Shown: positions 1 through 11,136, numbered from the stretch's first letter. The stretch is 64,000 nt of DNA from Octopus sinensis (GCF_006345805.1 NC_043011.1:45334464-45398463), one strand, 5' to 3'. Made by a program: numbers and translations. Notes: generated by a model from the letters alone, not told the origin.

Positions 1-99
1 TCACTACCTCATGATTATGAGCCCGATGTTCTAACCACTGAGCCATGCACCTTTACGATAAAATGTAATTATAAAAATATAATACTTTCTCTTTTACCT

Positions 100-500
100 T
101 CTGTCTTTTACTTGTTTCAGTCATTTGACTGCGGCCATGCCGGAGCACCGCCTTTAGTCGAGCAAATTGACCCCGGGACTTATTCTTTGTAAGCCCAGTA
201 CTTATTCTATCGGTCTCTTTTGCCGAACCGCTAAGTTACGAGGACGTAAACACACCAGCATCGGTTGTCAAGCAATGCTAGGGGGACAAACACAGACACA
301 CAAACACACACACACAAATATATATATACATATATACGACAGGCTTCTTTCAGTTTCCGTCTACCAAATCCACTCACAAGGCATTGGTCGGCCCGGGGCC
401 ATAGCAGAAGACACTTGCCCAAGATGCCACGCAGTGGGACTGAACCCGGAACCATGTGGTTGGTTAGCAAGCTACTTACCACACAGCTACTCCTGCGCCT
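100..500 (-). mobile_element. tRNA-derived SINE, family A (internal (CA)n/(TA)n tract), near full length
   Basis: The minus strand starts AGGCGCAGGAGTAGCTGTGTGGTAAG...GGTTCCGGGTTCAGTCCC (A/B-box-like head), then TGGGCAAGTGTCTT, and ends in a ...GAAACAAGTAAAAGA tail. More than 10 homologous copies are in the window. Confidence 0.85.
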
Positions 501-998
501 ATCGAATGGCTATGGGGGTCCGGTAGAGTAAACTAGAAATCAAAGGGGACCATAGGTAAAAAAAAATGGTTGAGAACCGCTGCTTTAAATAAGTATGGTC
601 CCAGGTATATTACGTCCAAAAAGAAAAAAAAGACATGATGATCATGGTTGGAACACCTGTGATCATATCTCTGCTTGACCAGGTCCAACCTGATGTTGAA
701 CAACAACAACAACAACACAGTTAACAAGACAAGAGAGACACCATGTGATATCTTGATCTAAAAATGACAGTCAAATCTCCCTTATGTCATACCATATTGT
801 CTTAAATCAACAATCATTGGATTGATTAGACTGGATAATGTAGTTTTACATACACTGTCCGAACAAACACGGGATGGTCATGGCCGGAATGCTTTCGGTC
901 AGGGTTGACTTAGCGATAAACGTGAATAATAATAAACATAACAATAGAACTACGACCATAACATATGCCAATCACAAGCAATAGGCAGCTCGCGGAAG

Positions 999-1237
999 TT
1001 TCTTATTTCGTTACTACCCACAAGGGGCTAAACATAGAGGGGACAAACAAGGACAGACAAACGGATTAAGTTGATTATATCGACCCCAGTGCGTAACTGG
1101 TACTTATTTAATCGACCCCGAAAGGATGAAAGGCAAAGTCGACCTCGGCGGAATTTGAACTCAGAACGCAATGGCAGACGAAATACGGCTACGTATTTCG
1201 CCCGGCGTGCTAACGTTTCTACCAGCTCGCCGCCTTA
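999..1237 (-). mobile_element. tRNA-derived SINE, family B
   Basis: Head GGCGGCGAGCTGGTAGAAACG...GAGTTCAAAT, core GTCGACTTTGCCTTTCATCCTTTCGGGGTCGAT, tail GGGTAGTAACGAAATAAG. Many copies are in the window. Confidence 0.85.
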
Positions 1238-1914
1238 ACGTTTCTTAACGTAGTGCGGCCCACCTGATGATCCATATCTCATCCGGCCCTTTTCTCGAAA
1301 AAAGAGTGTTCATAGATTCTATGCAATTGATCAACTAGCAAAAAACAGTAACTAAGTCTCCCTCAAATCACAACTTCACGCCCTTAAAGAGAACACATTG
1401 GATAATGTAGTCCAAGATATACTTTTAAAAACGTGTTGGTCACGGCTGGAATGCTTTTGATCATCGGTCTGCTGGATCATGGCTGAGCTGAGACTAAAGC
1501 AACAACAACAATGGTTTGGTTATTTTGTTCTAGCGACACGTAGGGACAGATATTACCATAAATGGTAGGGTGTAAGACCAACCTTTATCTTTAGGTGAAA
1601 GCTACGTCAGACTGAGAGAGAGAATAAGAGAGAAGAATGGAGAGAGAACAAAAGAAAGAGAGGGGTGGGAGGGTGAGGAAGAGGCAGGCTGAAAGAGAGA
1701 TAGAGAGAGTGGGAGAGAGAGGTAGATAGAGGGATTAATAGGGATAGAGACATATTGACAAGTGGTAGAGGTTGTTCGGGGTAAATTTGACTACACTGTA
1801 TATACAAGCATTACATAAATACACACACACATACAAGCACACACACACACAGACACATACACACACACAAATATATATTCATGTTTGTTTTTTTATATGT
1901 TTACTCTTTACTCT

Positions 1915-1989
1915 CTTTTACTCTTTTACTTGTTTCAGTCATTTGACTGCGGACAAACACAGACACACAGACACACAAACACACGCACG

Positions 1990-2037
<48 letters not shown>

Positions 2038-2203
2038 TACGACAGGCTTCTTTCAGTTTCCGTCTACCAAATCCACTCACAAGGCATTGGTCGGCCCGGG
2101 GCTATAGCAGAAGACACTTGCCCAAGATGCCACGCAGTGGGACTGAACTCGGAACCATGTGGTTGGTTAGCAAGCTACTTACCACACATCCACTCCTGCG
2201 CCT
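1915..2203 (-). mobile_element. SINE family A, internally deleted copy
   Basis: Near-identical to the 100-500 copy but lacks ~145 nt between GACTGCGG and ACAAACAC. Confidence 0.8.
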
Positions 2204-2332
2204 ATATATTCATGTTTGTATTTTTATATGTTTAGTTTTATTAAATACAATTTTACATTAATCTGATGGGTTACTTCTATACTTTTATAGAGTATAGATT
2301 TATTTTTATACAAGAATGTTGGATAACATATA

Positions 2333-2549
2333 TGAGGGCGTGCCGAAAAGTTCCTGGCTTTGGGTTAAAGAAAATACTGGATAATTAGTTAATTATGATT
2401 TTTTCCAACATATTACACTCTCAGATTCACACACAAATATTGCAGCTGTACTTCAAATACTTAAGTCCCGTAAAAGTACTCAGAAGGTTGAGCCTCTAGC
2501 CAGGCCTTTCGCTATACCTTTAAAACTAGGAACTTTTTAGCACCCCTCG
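2333..2549. mobile_element. Mariner-type MITE
   Basis: Terminal inverted repeats TGAGGGCGTGCCGAAAAGTTCCTGG / CTAGGAACTTTTTAGCACCCCTCG, flanked by TA on both sides. No ORF. Confidence 0.75.
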
Positions 2550-2569
2550 TATATTTATATCTATATCTA

Positions 2570-2600
<31 letters not shown>

Positions 2601-2622
2601 TGGATTGATTGGACTGGATATG

Positions 2623-2928
2623 TGGAGGCGCAATGACCTAGTGGTTAGGGCAGTGGACTTGCGGTCGTAGGATCGCGGTTTCGATTCCCAGACCGGGCGT
2701 TGTGTGTGTTTATTGAGGGAAAACACCTAAAAGCTCCACGAGGCTCCGGCAGGGGGTGGTGATCCCTGCTGTACTCCTTCACCACTCTTTCTCTCACTCT
2801 TTCTTCAGTTGGCCTGCTCGCTTAGCCAGCGGGGTGACGTCATTCGAAGGCTAAAACAATGCGAACGCATTGTGACCAGCGATGTGTAACAACATCTGAT
2901 GGTCTGGTCGGTCACGTGATCACGTGAT
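2623..2928 (+). mobile_element. tRNA-derived SINE, family C (tail type 1)
   Basis: Head TGGAGGCGCAATGACCTAGTGGTTAGG...GGTTTCGATTCCC, shared body AAACACCTAAAAGCTCCACGAGGCTCCGGCAG, ends in CACGTGAT repeats and (TA)n. Confidence 0.8.
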
Positions 2929-3518
2929 ATATATATATATATGTGTGTGTGTGCGTGTGTATATATATTTATATGTATATATATATATATTATATATATG
3001 TATATATATGTATATAACGGGAAGCTTTATGAAAATAAACAAAAGACGAAGGCAGGTGGAAAACAATATATATATATACTATATATACATACATACATAC
3101 ATACATACATACACACACGTGTGTGTGTGTGTGTATATATATATATATTTAAAAGAAGAAAATGGGGATTGGGTAGTTAATAACTGTTTATTATTAACAG
3201 CAAATTGGTCACTTTCACTTACAGCCGTTTCAATTAATACTCAATGATAAACAATTATTAACTTCCCACTCTCCATTTTCTTCTTCTTTTAGATAAATAT
3301 AAACTATATGTTTTTATATACTCTTTAATCTCTCTTTACTCTTTTACTTGTTTCGGTCATTTGACTGCAGCCATGATGGAGCACCACTCCTGCGCCTATA
3401 TATACCTATTATTTTAAGGAAATTCAGTCCCCCAAAATACTAGGTATTGAACCAGCATTTCCTTGGATGAAACCATCCCTTCATAAGGCTAACAACCTCT
3501 AATTAAACATATATTATG

Positions 3519-3752
3519 AAGGCGGCGAGCTGGCAGAAACGTTAGCACGCCTGGCGAAATTCGTAGCCGTATTTCGTCTGTCGTTGCGTTCCGAGTTCAA
3601 ATTCCGCCGAGGTTGACTTTGCCTTTCATCCTTTCGGGGTCGATAAATTAAGTACCAGTTACGCACTGGGGTCGATGTAATCGACTTAATCCCCTTGTCT
3701 GTCCTTGATTGTCCCCTCTGTGTTTAGCCCCTTGTGAGTAGTAAAGAAATAT
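3519..3752 (+). mobile_element. SINE family B, full length
   Basis: Same head, core and tail as 999-1237. Abuts the truncated 3' end of the pogo transposase. Confidence 0.85.
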
Positions 3753-3755
3753 ATA

Positions 3756-5035
3756 TTATTCTCTCTCCTTAAATGAACACTTCTTGTCTAAGTACCCTGC
3801 TCGTAGTGCATTAGCAACGCAACTGTCGGTATTTTTATTCCATGAATTCTTCACCCAATTCATAATTTCTTGGAGGTTAGGTTTGACAAAGTTTCCACGC
3901 TGATTTCTCTCCATTCTATGTTCGATATATTCATTTACTTCAATCTGCAAATTATCTTTGAAGGATTTGTTTATTACAAGATCTAATGTTTGTAGATATG
4001 AAGTCATTCCCGTGGGAATTATGTGGTCAATTTTTATTTCAGAAAGGAAGGTTTTCATATCTTTTGCATGATGAGTACTGGCCGAATCCCAGACTAAAAG
4101 ACTTCTTTGAGAACCACGCAAAGTTAAATCAACCCATTTTCTTATAACAGTTTGTGTGTACCAAGGCTTTTCCGTTTCAAGGACATAAATGCTCGAAACG
4201 CGTTTTGTGATGATAAGCGGTGGGACTTTTGTTCTATCAAGACAAATTGCTAAAATACAAGTAACTCTTGCTCTTTCGTAACCTGTTGAGACAACGTAGA
4301 TTGACGAGGCACCTAGATGTTCAATGGTCGTTTTAGATCCTTGGCCTATAAATACTGCAGTTTCATCATTAGCAATTATATTGGAGATATTGTATTTAGA
4401 AAAGTCGATGCCCGTTGAATCACTTCAGCATCCTCCAGCTTGAACAGTGTTGTCGATCTTCTTAGAGAGAGCTCATATCGCCGAAGGAAGTTATCCAGCC
4501 AATGAAGTAATTGCTTTGAATATCTCTGGGGGTATATATTTCCAACTGTGGTGCCATTGCAAGAGCAAATTCTTGAATATCAGCCCTGCGTACGGCCAAA
4601 ACCTTTGTACTTCTTTGTACTCAGCAATCCATCCTGAGGTGATATCTTCCACACTTGCACTTTCCTCATCCACTTGTCTGCTGAAATTATCGTACTTTGC
4701 TCGCCCTTTTCGAACCATTCGGGGACACCCCCAACATCTCCTCACAGAAAGCCTGTGACTCTTCCACAATTCCCTTCTTCTACTCCACTGAATAACTCTT
4801 TCCTTTTGCATCTTGATCGGGGGACAAGGGAGTGAGGCCAAGGGAGTCAACTACTTTAGCCAAGCTGCTAAAGTAGTTGGTTTATTTTGCAAACATCACA
4901 TGGTCTTGCTAACAAGCTGATGCATTTTGATTAGGTCCTATTTTCGGGGTAGGGCTTATATTAAAACATCCCGAAAATTCATGGTAGGGCTTATTTATTA
5001 TTTTCGGAGTAGACCTTATTTGCGATGTAACACGA
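3756..5035 (-). mobile_element. Degenerate pogo/Tc2-type DNA transposon (CENP-B-type HTH plus DDE_1 transposase remnant, frameshifted; one terminal repeat)
   Basis: Minus-strand peptides: HWLDNFLRRYELSLRRSTT (~4440-4500, end of HTH), IIANDETAVF (first catalytic Asp), LLVWDSASTH and IPTGMTSYLQTLDLVINKSFK (ORF 3756-4121). Terminus TA|TCGTGTTAC..AAATAAGG at 5035 with repeated AAGCCCTACC/CCGAAAATA subterminal motifs (4930-5035). Confidence 0.85.
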
Positions 5036-5082
5036 TAATATTATATATATATATATATTATATATATATATATATATTATAT

Positions 5083-6203
5083 ATAGAAATATTAAAATAA
5101 CTAGTCTCTCTAAAAGAGAACAGCGGCAGCGTTCCCGGAAAATAATAGTTATCGCCATACTAATATGGCATCTTATAAAAATAAGAAAAAAGCTGTCCGC
5201 TTATTAGCTCCATGAGGCCATCGCCTTAAGTTAGCTATTTGATACACAAACTGTATCCATATAACCTACGCTGCATTGAAAAGGGGCAATACTCCGAACG
5301 CGTCTGTAGCTGCCGATCAAGTAGTGTGGAGCGACTGACCTCCCTTGTTCGAAGGTTATATGGATACAGTTTGTGTATCAAATAGCTAACTTAAGGCGAT
5401 GGCCTCATGGAGCTAATAAGCGGACAGCTTTTTTCTTTTTTATAAGAATGCCATATTAGTATGGCGATAACTATTATTTTCCGGGAACGCTGCCGCTGTT
5501 CTCTTTTAGAGAGACTTAGTTATTTTAATATTTCTATTATTGAAAACAAGTGGATGTATTCACCGAAACTAGGTAAATAAAACATCGAACAGAGATTGTC
5601 GGAAGCGACACCTACTGGCTGGCTACGCTGCATTGAAAAGGGGCAATACTCCGAAACGCGTCTGTAGCTGCCGGTCAAGTAGTGTGGAGCGACTGACCTC
5701 CCTTGTTCGAAGGTTATATGGATACAGTTTGGTATCAAATAGCTAACTTAAGGCGATGGCCTCATGGAGCTAATAAGCGGACAGCTTTTTTCTTATTTTT
5801 ATAAGAATGCCATATTAGTATGGCGTTAACTATTATTTTCCGGGAACGCTGCCGCTGTTCTCTTTTAGAGAGACTTAGTTATTTATTAATATTCTATTAT
5901 TGAAAACAAGTGGATGTATTCCACCGAAACTAGGTAAATAAAACCATCGAACAGAGATTGTCGGAAGCGACACCTACTGGCTGGCTACGCTGCATTGAAA
6001 AGGGGCAATACTCCGAAAACGCGGTCTGTAGCTGCCGATCAAGTAGTGTGGAGCGACTGACCTCCCTTGTTCGAAGGTTATATGGATACAGTTTGTGTAT
6101 CAAATAGCTAACTTAAGGCGATGGCCTCATGGAGCTAATAAGCGGACAGCTTTTTTCTTATTTTTATAAGAATGCCATATTAGTATGGCGATAACTATTA
6201 TTT
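5083..6203 (+). mobile_element. ~360-bp tandem array (2.6 units) preceded by a 185-bp inverted copy; PLE pseudo-LTR/retrozyme-like
   Basis: Units start at ~5268, 5625 and 5987 (ACGCTGCATTGAAAAGGGG...). 5083-5267 is the reverse complement of 5353-5537. (TA)n lies on both flanks. Confidence 0.85.
5627..5668 (+). ncRNA. Type I hammerhead ribozyme fold, U3-A8 core variant (unit 2; copies at 5270-5310 and 5989-6032 carry small indels)
   Basis: GCTGCA-TTGAAAA-GGGG(CAATA)CTCC-GAA-ACGCGT-C-TGTAGC: 6-bp helix I, 4-bp helix II, palindromic helix III, GUC cleavage triplet (cut 3' of 5662). Confidence 0.7.
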
Positions 6204-6208
6204 TATAT

Positions 6209-6248
<40 letters not shown>

Positions 6249-6249
6249 C

Positions 6250-6437
6250 TTATTTAAAAGCGGCAGAAATTCAACAAAACCTGTTACTCGGAGTTCCCGA
6301 ACGGGAACGTGAAATTCCGAGTAACAGGTTTTGTTGAATTTCTGCTGCTTTTAAATACAGCATATTACTCTACCCCTGGTATTTGAGTACTCTTTTTTCC
6401 ACTTTTCCACCTTGTTTCACATTTATGTGTTTACTCC

Positions 6438-6440
<3 letters not shown>
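6250..6440 (+). mobile_element. Short PLE-like element with a 42-bp snap-back inverted repeat and a 3' HHR remnant
   Basis: Arms TATTTAAAAGCGGCAGAAATTCAACAAAACCTGTTACTCGGA (~6251-6292) and its complement (~6316-6357). The centre is CGA-ACG(GGAA)CGT-GAAA. The element ends in TTTACTCCGG(TA)n. A homologue is at 39303-39432. Confidence 0.65.
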
Positions 6441-6471
<31 letters not shown>

Positions 6472-6917
6472 TAAATGGGACTACTAAAATCCAGGCAGAT
6501 ATCTAGAAAGCCCTCTTAAGCGAACTTGGTTAACTATCTCAAACAACGAGATGCAAAAGATTCGAATAGAATTAATATTACGTTCTCATCGATTTTCGGA
6601 TATATTGATTTCACTGGTATATCCGAATATACTGGTACAATTGAAATGATCGTCGGTAATGTATGGTGCAATCATTAGCTAAAGATGTGATTTTTTTACC
6701 CTAATACCCTACAGGCAGGGTCATTCCGGGTGTATTTTTTGTTTACAAAACTAACTCACCATCACGTTTTCCTCTCTCGAGCTATGGAGAGGTTATGTTC
6801 CTCCGGCCATTGGAGTCTCACGAGTAGCCTATACAGCTAAGCGTTTTTGGCCGTAACAATATTAAAGTTAGCATTATTAAATCTCAGAACGAGATGTAAA
6901 CAGTAATCGCTCGACAA

Positions 6918-7326
6918 TGTAAAGTATAATAGCCATCTCAAAATGGCTAACCCCAAGGGGGGGGGTTTTACTGTAGCTTTTTAGCCCCAGGAGATCATCG
7001 TCTCCAGCTGGCTTTAGACACAATTTCTGTGCCCTTAAGTTATTTGCAAAGGGAGGCCATCCCTTTCTCGTAAGCCTAAGTGATACGCACCGGACCGCTG
7101 TTTCGATATTACCGCCCGTTGATAAGAGACAATAATCTCGAAACCGCGGTCCGGTGCGTATCACTTAGGCTTACGAGAAAGGGATGGCCTCCCTTTGCAA
7201 ATACCTTAAGGGTACAGAAATTGTGTCTAAAGCCAGCTGGAGACGATGATCTCCTGGGGCTAAAAAGCTACAGCAACCCCCCCCCCCTTGGGGTTAGCCA
7301 TATCGAGATGGCTATTATACTTTACA
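6918..7326. repeat. Long inverted repeat (~190-bp arms, ~30-nt spacer)
   Basis: 6918-~7106 is the reverse complement of ~7137-7326 with few mismatches. The ORF track gives near-identical peptides on both strands. Confidence 0.9.
7116..7154 (+). ncRNA. Type I hammerhead ribozyme fold, U3-A8 core variant
   Basis: CCG-TTGATAA-GAGA(CAATAA)TCTC-GAA-ACCGCGGT-C-CGG: palindromic helix III, GUC triplet, helix I only 3 bp. Confidence 0.6.
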
Positions 7327-7860
7327 ATATAAAGTTAATTTTAAGAAAAACATACTTCAAAGTTAGAGTGGTTGTATGCTGTCAACATAACGTGACATAC
7401 TTTCCTCTAAGGCAAAACCTAACGAATTTACTTGTACATCAACTACATGCGGAATATATAATTTTAATGAATTACAAATAAATAATATTATAATTTGAGA
7501 ATGTTTAATTAGGTGAAACATGGACGTATAGCTATTTCAGTATATAAAAATATTAAGTCATTCGACTTTGCTTTAGTTAGATAAGGTATATGGTGCTTTA
7601 TCTAATATATATTTAATCAGATAAACTATATCATAGTCAACAATTTTAATACCGGATGCTGGAGAATCACTCACATTTTATATGGGCATTGGCGTGGTGC
7701 TAGTTAAGTCAGACAAATAATAATGGTAATTTCATAAAGCTAATGTTTCACAGGTTTAATTTCTAGTCGTCATTTTGGCTTGCATCCGTTTACGTTCGGC
7801 ATTTATCGTTGAAATATTTATTAATAATGGTTAATGTGGGAGTTTCTTGCTGCACCTTTT

Positions 7861-7939
<79 letters not shown>

Positions 7940-7942
<3 letters not shown>

Positions 7943-8700
7943 CCTTTCTGCTAAAAAAACACAAGGCCCGAAATGTTGGAGGAGGGAACTAACCGATTAC
8001 ATTGATCCCAGTGTGTAACTGGTACTTAAGTTATAAACCCCGAAAGGTGAAACACAAAGTCGAGCTCAGCGGTATTTGAACTCAGAACGTGGAGACAGAC
8101 GAAATAACTCTTTCTTTACTACCCACAAGGAGCTAAACACAGAGGGGACAGACAAACGGATTAAGTCGATTACATCGACCCCAATGCGTAACTGGTACTT
8201 ATTTAATCGACCCCCGAAAGGATGAAAGGCAAAGTCGACCTCGGCGGCATTTGAACTCAGAACATAGCGGCAGACGAAATACCGCTAAGTATTTCGCCCG
8301 GCGTGCTAACGTTTCTGCCAGCTCGCCGCCATAATAATAATAATAATTCTTTCTATCATAGGCACAAGGCCTGAAATTTGGGAGAGGGAGAAAGTCGATT
8401 ATGTCGACCCCAGTCTTTCACTGGTACTTATTTCATCGATCCCGACAGGATGAACGGCAAAGTCGACTTTCGGGGAATTTGAATATAGAACGTAAAGACG
8501 GACGAAACACCGCTAAGCATTTCACCCGGCGTGCTAACGATTCTGCCATCTCGCTGCCTTATTAATAATCGTTTCTGTTATAGGCACAGAGTCCGAAATT
8601 TGTGGGGAGGGAACCAGTCGATTAATTCGACCCCAGTGTTTTGCTGGTCGACCCCAAAAGGATGAATGGCAAAGTCAACCTCAGAACTTAGCAGCAGACG
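7940..8700 (-). mobile_element. Cluster of full and partial SINE family B copies
   Basis: The B core (AAGGATGAAAGGCAAAGTCGACC) recurs at ~8040, 8220, 8450 and 8660. Confidence 0.8.
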
Positions 8701-8703
8701 AAA

Positions 8704-8770
8704 GGAGGAGTAAGAGAGAGGGAACAGTGAAGGGGAGTCCCCTTCACTGTTCCCTCTGTCTTACTCCTCC
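8704..8770. repeat. Near-perfect 33-bp palindrome with a 1-nt spacer
   Basis: GGAGGAGTAAGAGAGAGGGAACAGTGAAGGGGA-G-TCCCCTTCACTGTTCCCTCTGTCTTACTCCTCC, one mismatch. Confidence 0.9.
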
Positions 8771-9498
8771 TCCTCTTCTTCGACTCTCTCGTCGCTGACA
8801 CGCGATCAGGGGGAAGCCATCTTTCCAACTGCTATCTTCACCAAGACAAGACCGCTTATCCTGTCTCTCTCATAATAAGCTGTCTCCTCAAGCGTTCAGA
8901 ATAATTTTTCCATCGTAATGGCTTAACAGCCCTCATAGTTCGTTTTTACTGTGTTATTTCCTTTGTTCTGCCTATTACTGTTTTTACTTTTATTGTTTTT
9001 ACTGTCTTGTTTTGTTCTTACTGTCCTGTTCTTGTTACCACTTTTACCCACCCCCCGCAAAAAATCCCAAATTTTATTTAATTTGCTTTGCGGGAAGCAC
9101 TGTTTCAACGAAGTCGCGTCTTGTCCTTACCTTCGGTACGCGGAATAGACGAAACAGGGACAACTGAAGAAGTAGAATATTCCTTGTGTTGTATGTTTTG
9201 TACTCTGTTTTTCGTTCTTTGAAAAATAGTTCGTTTCCATGTTTTTGTTTTTATGTTTTCGTTTCTCATTGTGTTCAACGTTTTTTTTTATGTCCTGTAC
9301 CCATATATGCATGTATATATACATATAGATGTAGGTATGTACATATATGCATGTATATATGCATATATTTATATATTATTTATATTATTATATGATCGAA
9401 CGCCACGCATCTTTTCCAAGTAAGTTTTACATATATATATATTACGGAGATGTACCTGCATAGCAAGTGACTTGATCTGATATCGTGTGCTGAAACGA

Positions 9499-9773
9499 AA
9501 ACAATTGCAGCGTGGAAGGTGTTTATAAGCCATTTAAGAAACACACAAAAGCCGTTCAATTCACTTCAACATTTAAGTTTAATTTGTCAAAATATTTTCG
9601 TCGCTTTGAGACCGCGACCTGTTCACTGACAAAAATCCGTGCTCAGTGAACAGGTCGCGGTCTTAAAGCGACGAAAATATTTTGATAAATTAAACTTAAA
9701 TGTTGAAGTGAATCGAACGGCTTTTGTGTGTTTCTTAAATGGCTTATAAACACCTTCCAGGCTGCAATTGTTT
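9499..9773. repeat. Long inverted repeat (~130-bp arms, 13-nt loop); head-to-head HHR-bearing elements
   Basis: 9499-9629 is the reverse complement of 9643-9773. The left copy extends to ~9444. (TA)n lies on both flanks. Confidence 0.9.
9583..9633 (-). ncRNA. Type I hammerhead ribozyme fold, G3-C8 core variant (second copy on + strand at 9643-9685 with helix I cut to 3 bp)
   Basis: Minus strand: TTTGTCA-GTGAACA-G-GTCGC(GGTCTCAAA)GCGAC-GAA-AATATT-T-TGACAAA. 7-bp helix I, 5-bp helix II, palindromic helix III, UUU triplet. Confidence 0.6.
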
Positions 9774-9796
9774 ATATATATATATATATACATATA

Positions 9797-10193
9797 CTCT
9801 TTTACTCTTTTACTTGTTTCAGTCATTTGACTGCGGCCATGCTGGAGCACCGCCTTTAGTCGAGCAAATCGACCCCAGAACTTATTCTTTGGAAGCCCAG
9901 TACTTATTCTATCGGTCTCTTTTGCCGAACCGCTAAGTGACGGGGACGTAAACACACCAGCATCGATTGTCAAGTAATGCTAGGGGGACAAACACAGACA
10001 CACAAACACACACATACATATATATACATATACATATATACGACAGGCTTCTTTCAGTTTCCGTTCACCAAATCCACTCACAAGGCATTGGTCGGCCCGG
10101 GGCTATAGCAGAAGACACTTGCCCAAGATGCCACGCAGTGGGACTGAACCCGGAACCCTGTGGTTGGTTAGCAAGCTACTTACCACACAGCCA
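9797..10193 (-). mobile_element. SINE family A
   Basis: Near-identical to 100-500. Confidence 0.85.
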
Positions 10194-10965
10194 TATATAT
10201 ACGATAGACTTTTTTCAATATACAGGGTGACCCAAAAGTAGGTTTACAGTTATTCAACTATCTCTTTCGCATTCATATGTGTGTGTGTGTATGTATATGT
10301 ATGTGCGTGTGTGTGTGTGTGTGTATGTTTTTGTCTGTCTATCCCCTCACCATCGCTTGACAACCGATGATGGTGTGTTTACACCCCCGTAATCTAGTGG
10401 TTCAGCACAAGAGACCGATAGAATAAATACCAGGCTTACAAAAAAATAAATCTTGGGGTCGATTTGTTCGACTAAAAGGCGGTGCTCCAGCACGGCCGCA
10501 GTCAAATGACTGAAACAAACAAAAGAATATATATGCCTATATGTATGTATATATATGTATATATATCTCCCTGTTCTCTGTTAATCGTTATCTCTCTTGC
10601 CCGCTACCCCTCCGTCCCTCTCCTACACCTTCTCTTTTCCTCTCATTCATTCTCCTTCTCTCTCTCTCTCTCTCTCTTTCACTCTCTTTCCATCTTTCTC
10701 TTTTCCTCTTCCGGTTCTCCTCCTTCTCCTCCCCCCCCCACCCCGTCATCTTTACCTTTTTAAATGTAGAAAAGTTTACGACTAACGCCGGGATATGGCG
10801 ATGTAATAACGTGTGTGCACGTGTTTCTGTGTGTGTGTTTCTGTTGAGTGTGTGTGTGTGTGTGCATGTGTGTGTTGCAGTGTAAGTGTGTGTGTAGGTA
10901 AGTATGTTTATATCGTATTGTGGATATATATGTGTGTGTGTGTGTGTGTGTATGTATATCTATGC

Positions 10966-11022
<57 letters not shown>

Positions 11023-11091
11023 GCGTTATATAAATGTATACATAAGTATGTATATTATATGTACATATAAATATGTATATTTATGCGTGTG

Positions 11092-11136
<45 letters not shown>

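Noticed and set aside
167-531. Recurrent ORFs such as GIGRPGAIAEDTCPRCHAVGL seen at many positions
   Set aside because: They are translations of SINE family A copies, not a gene family.
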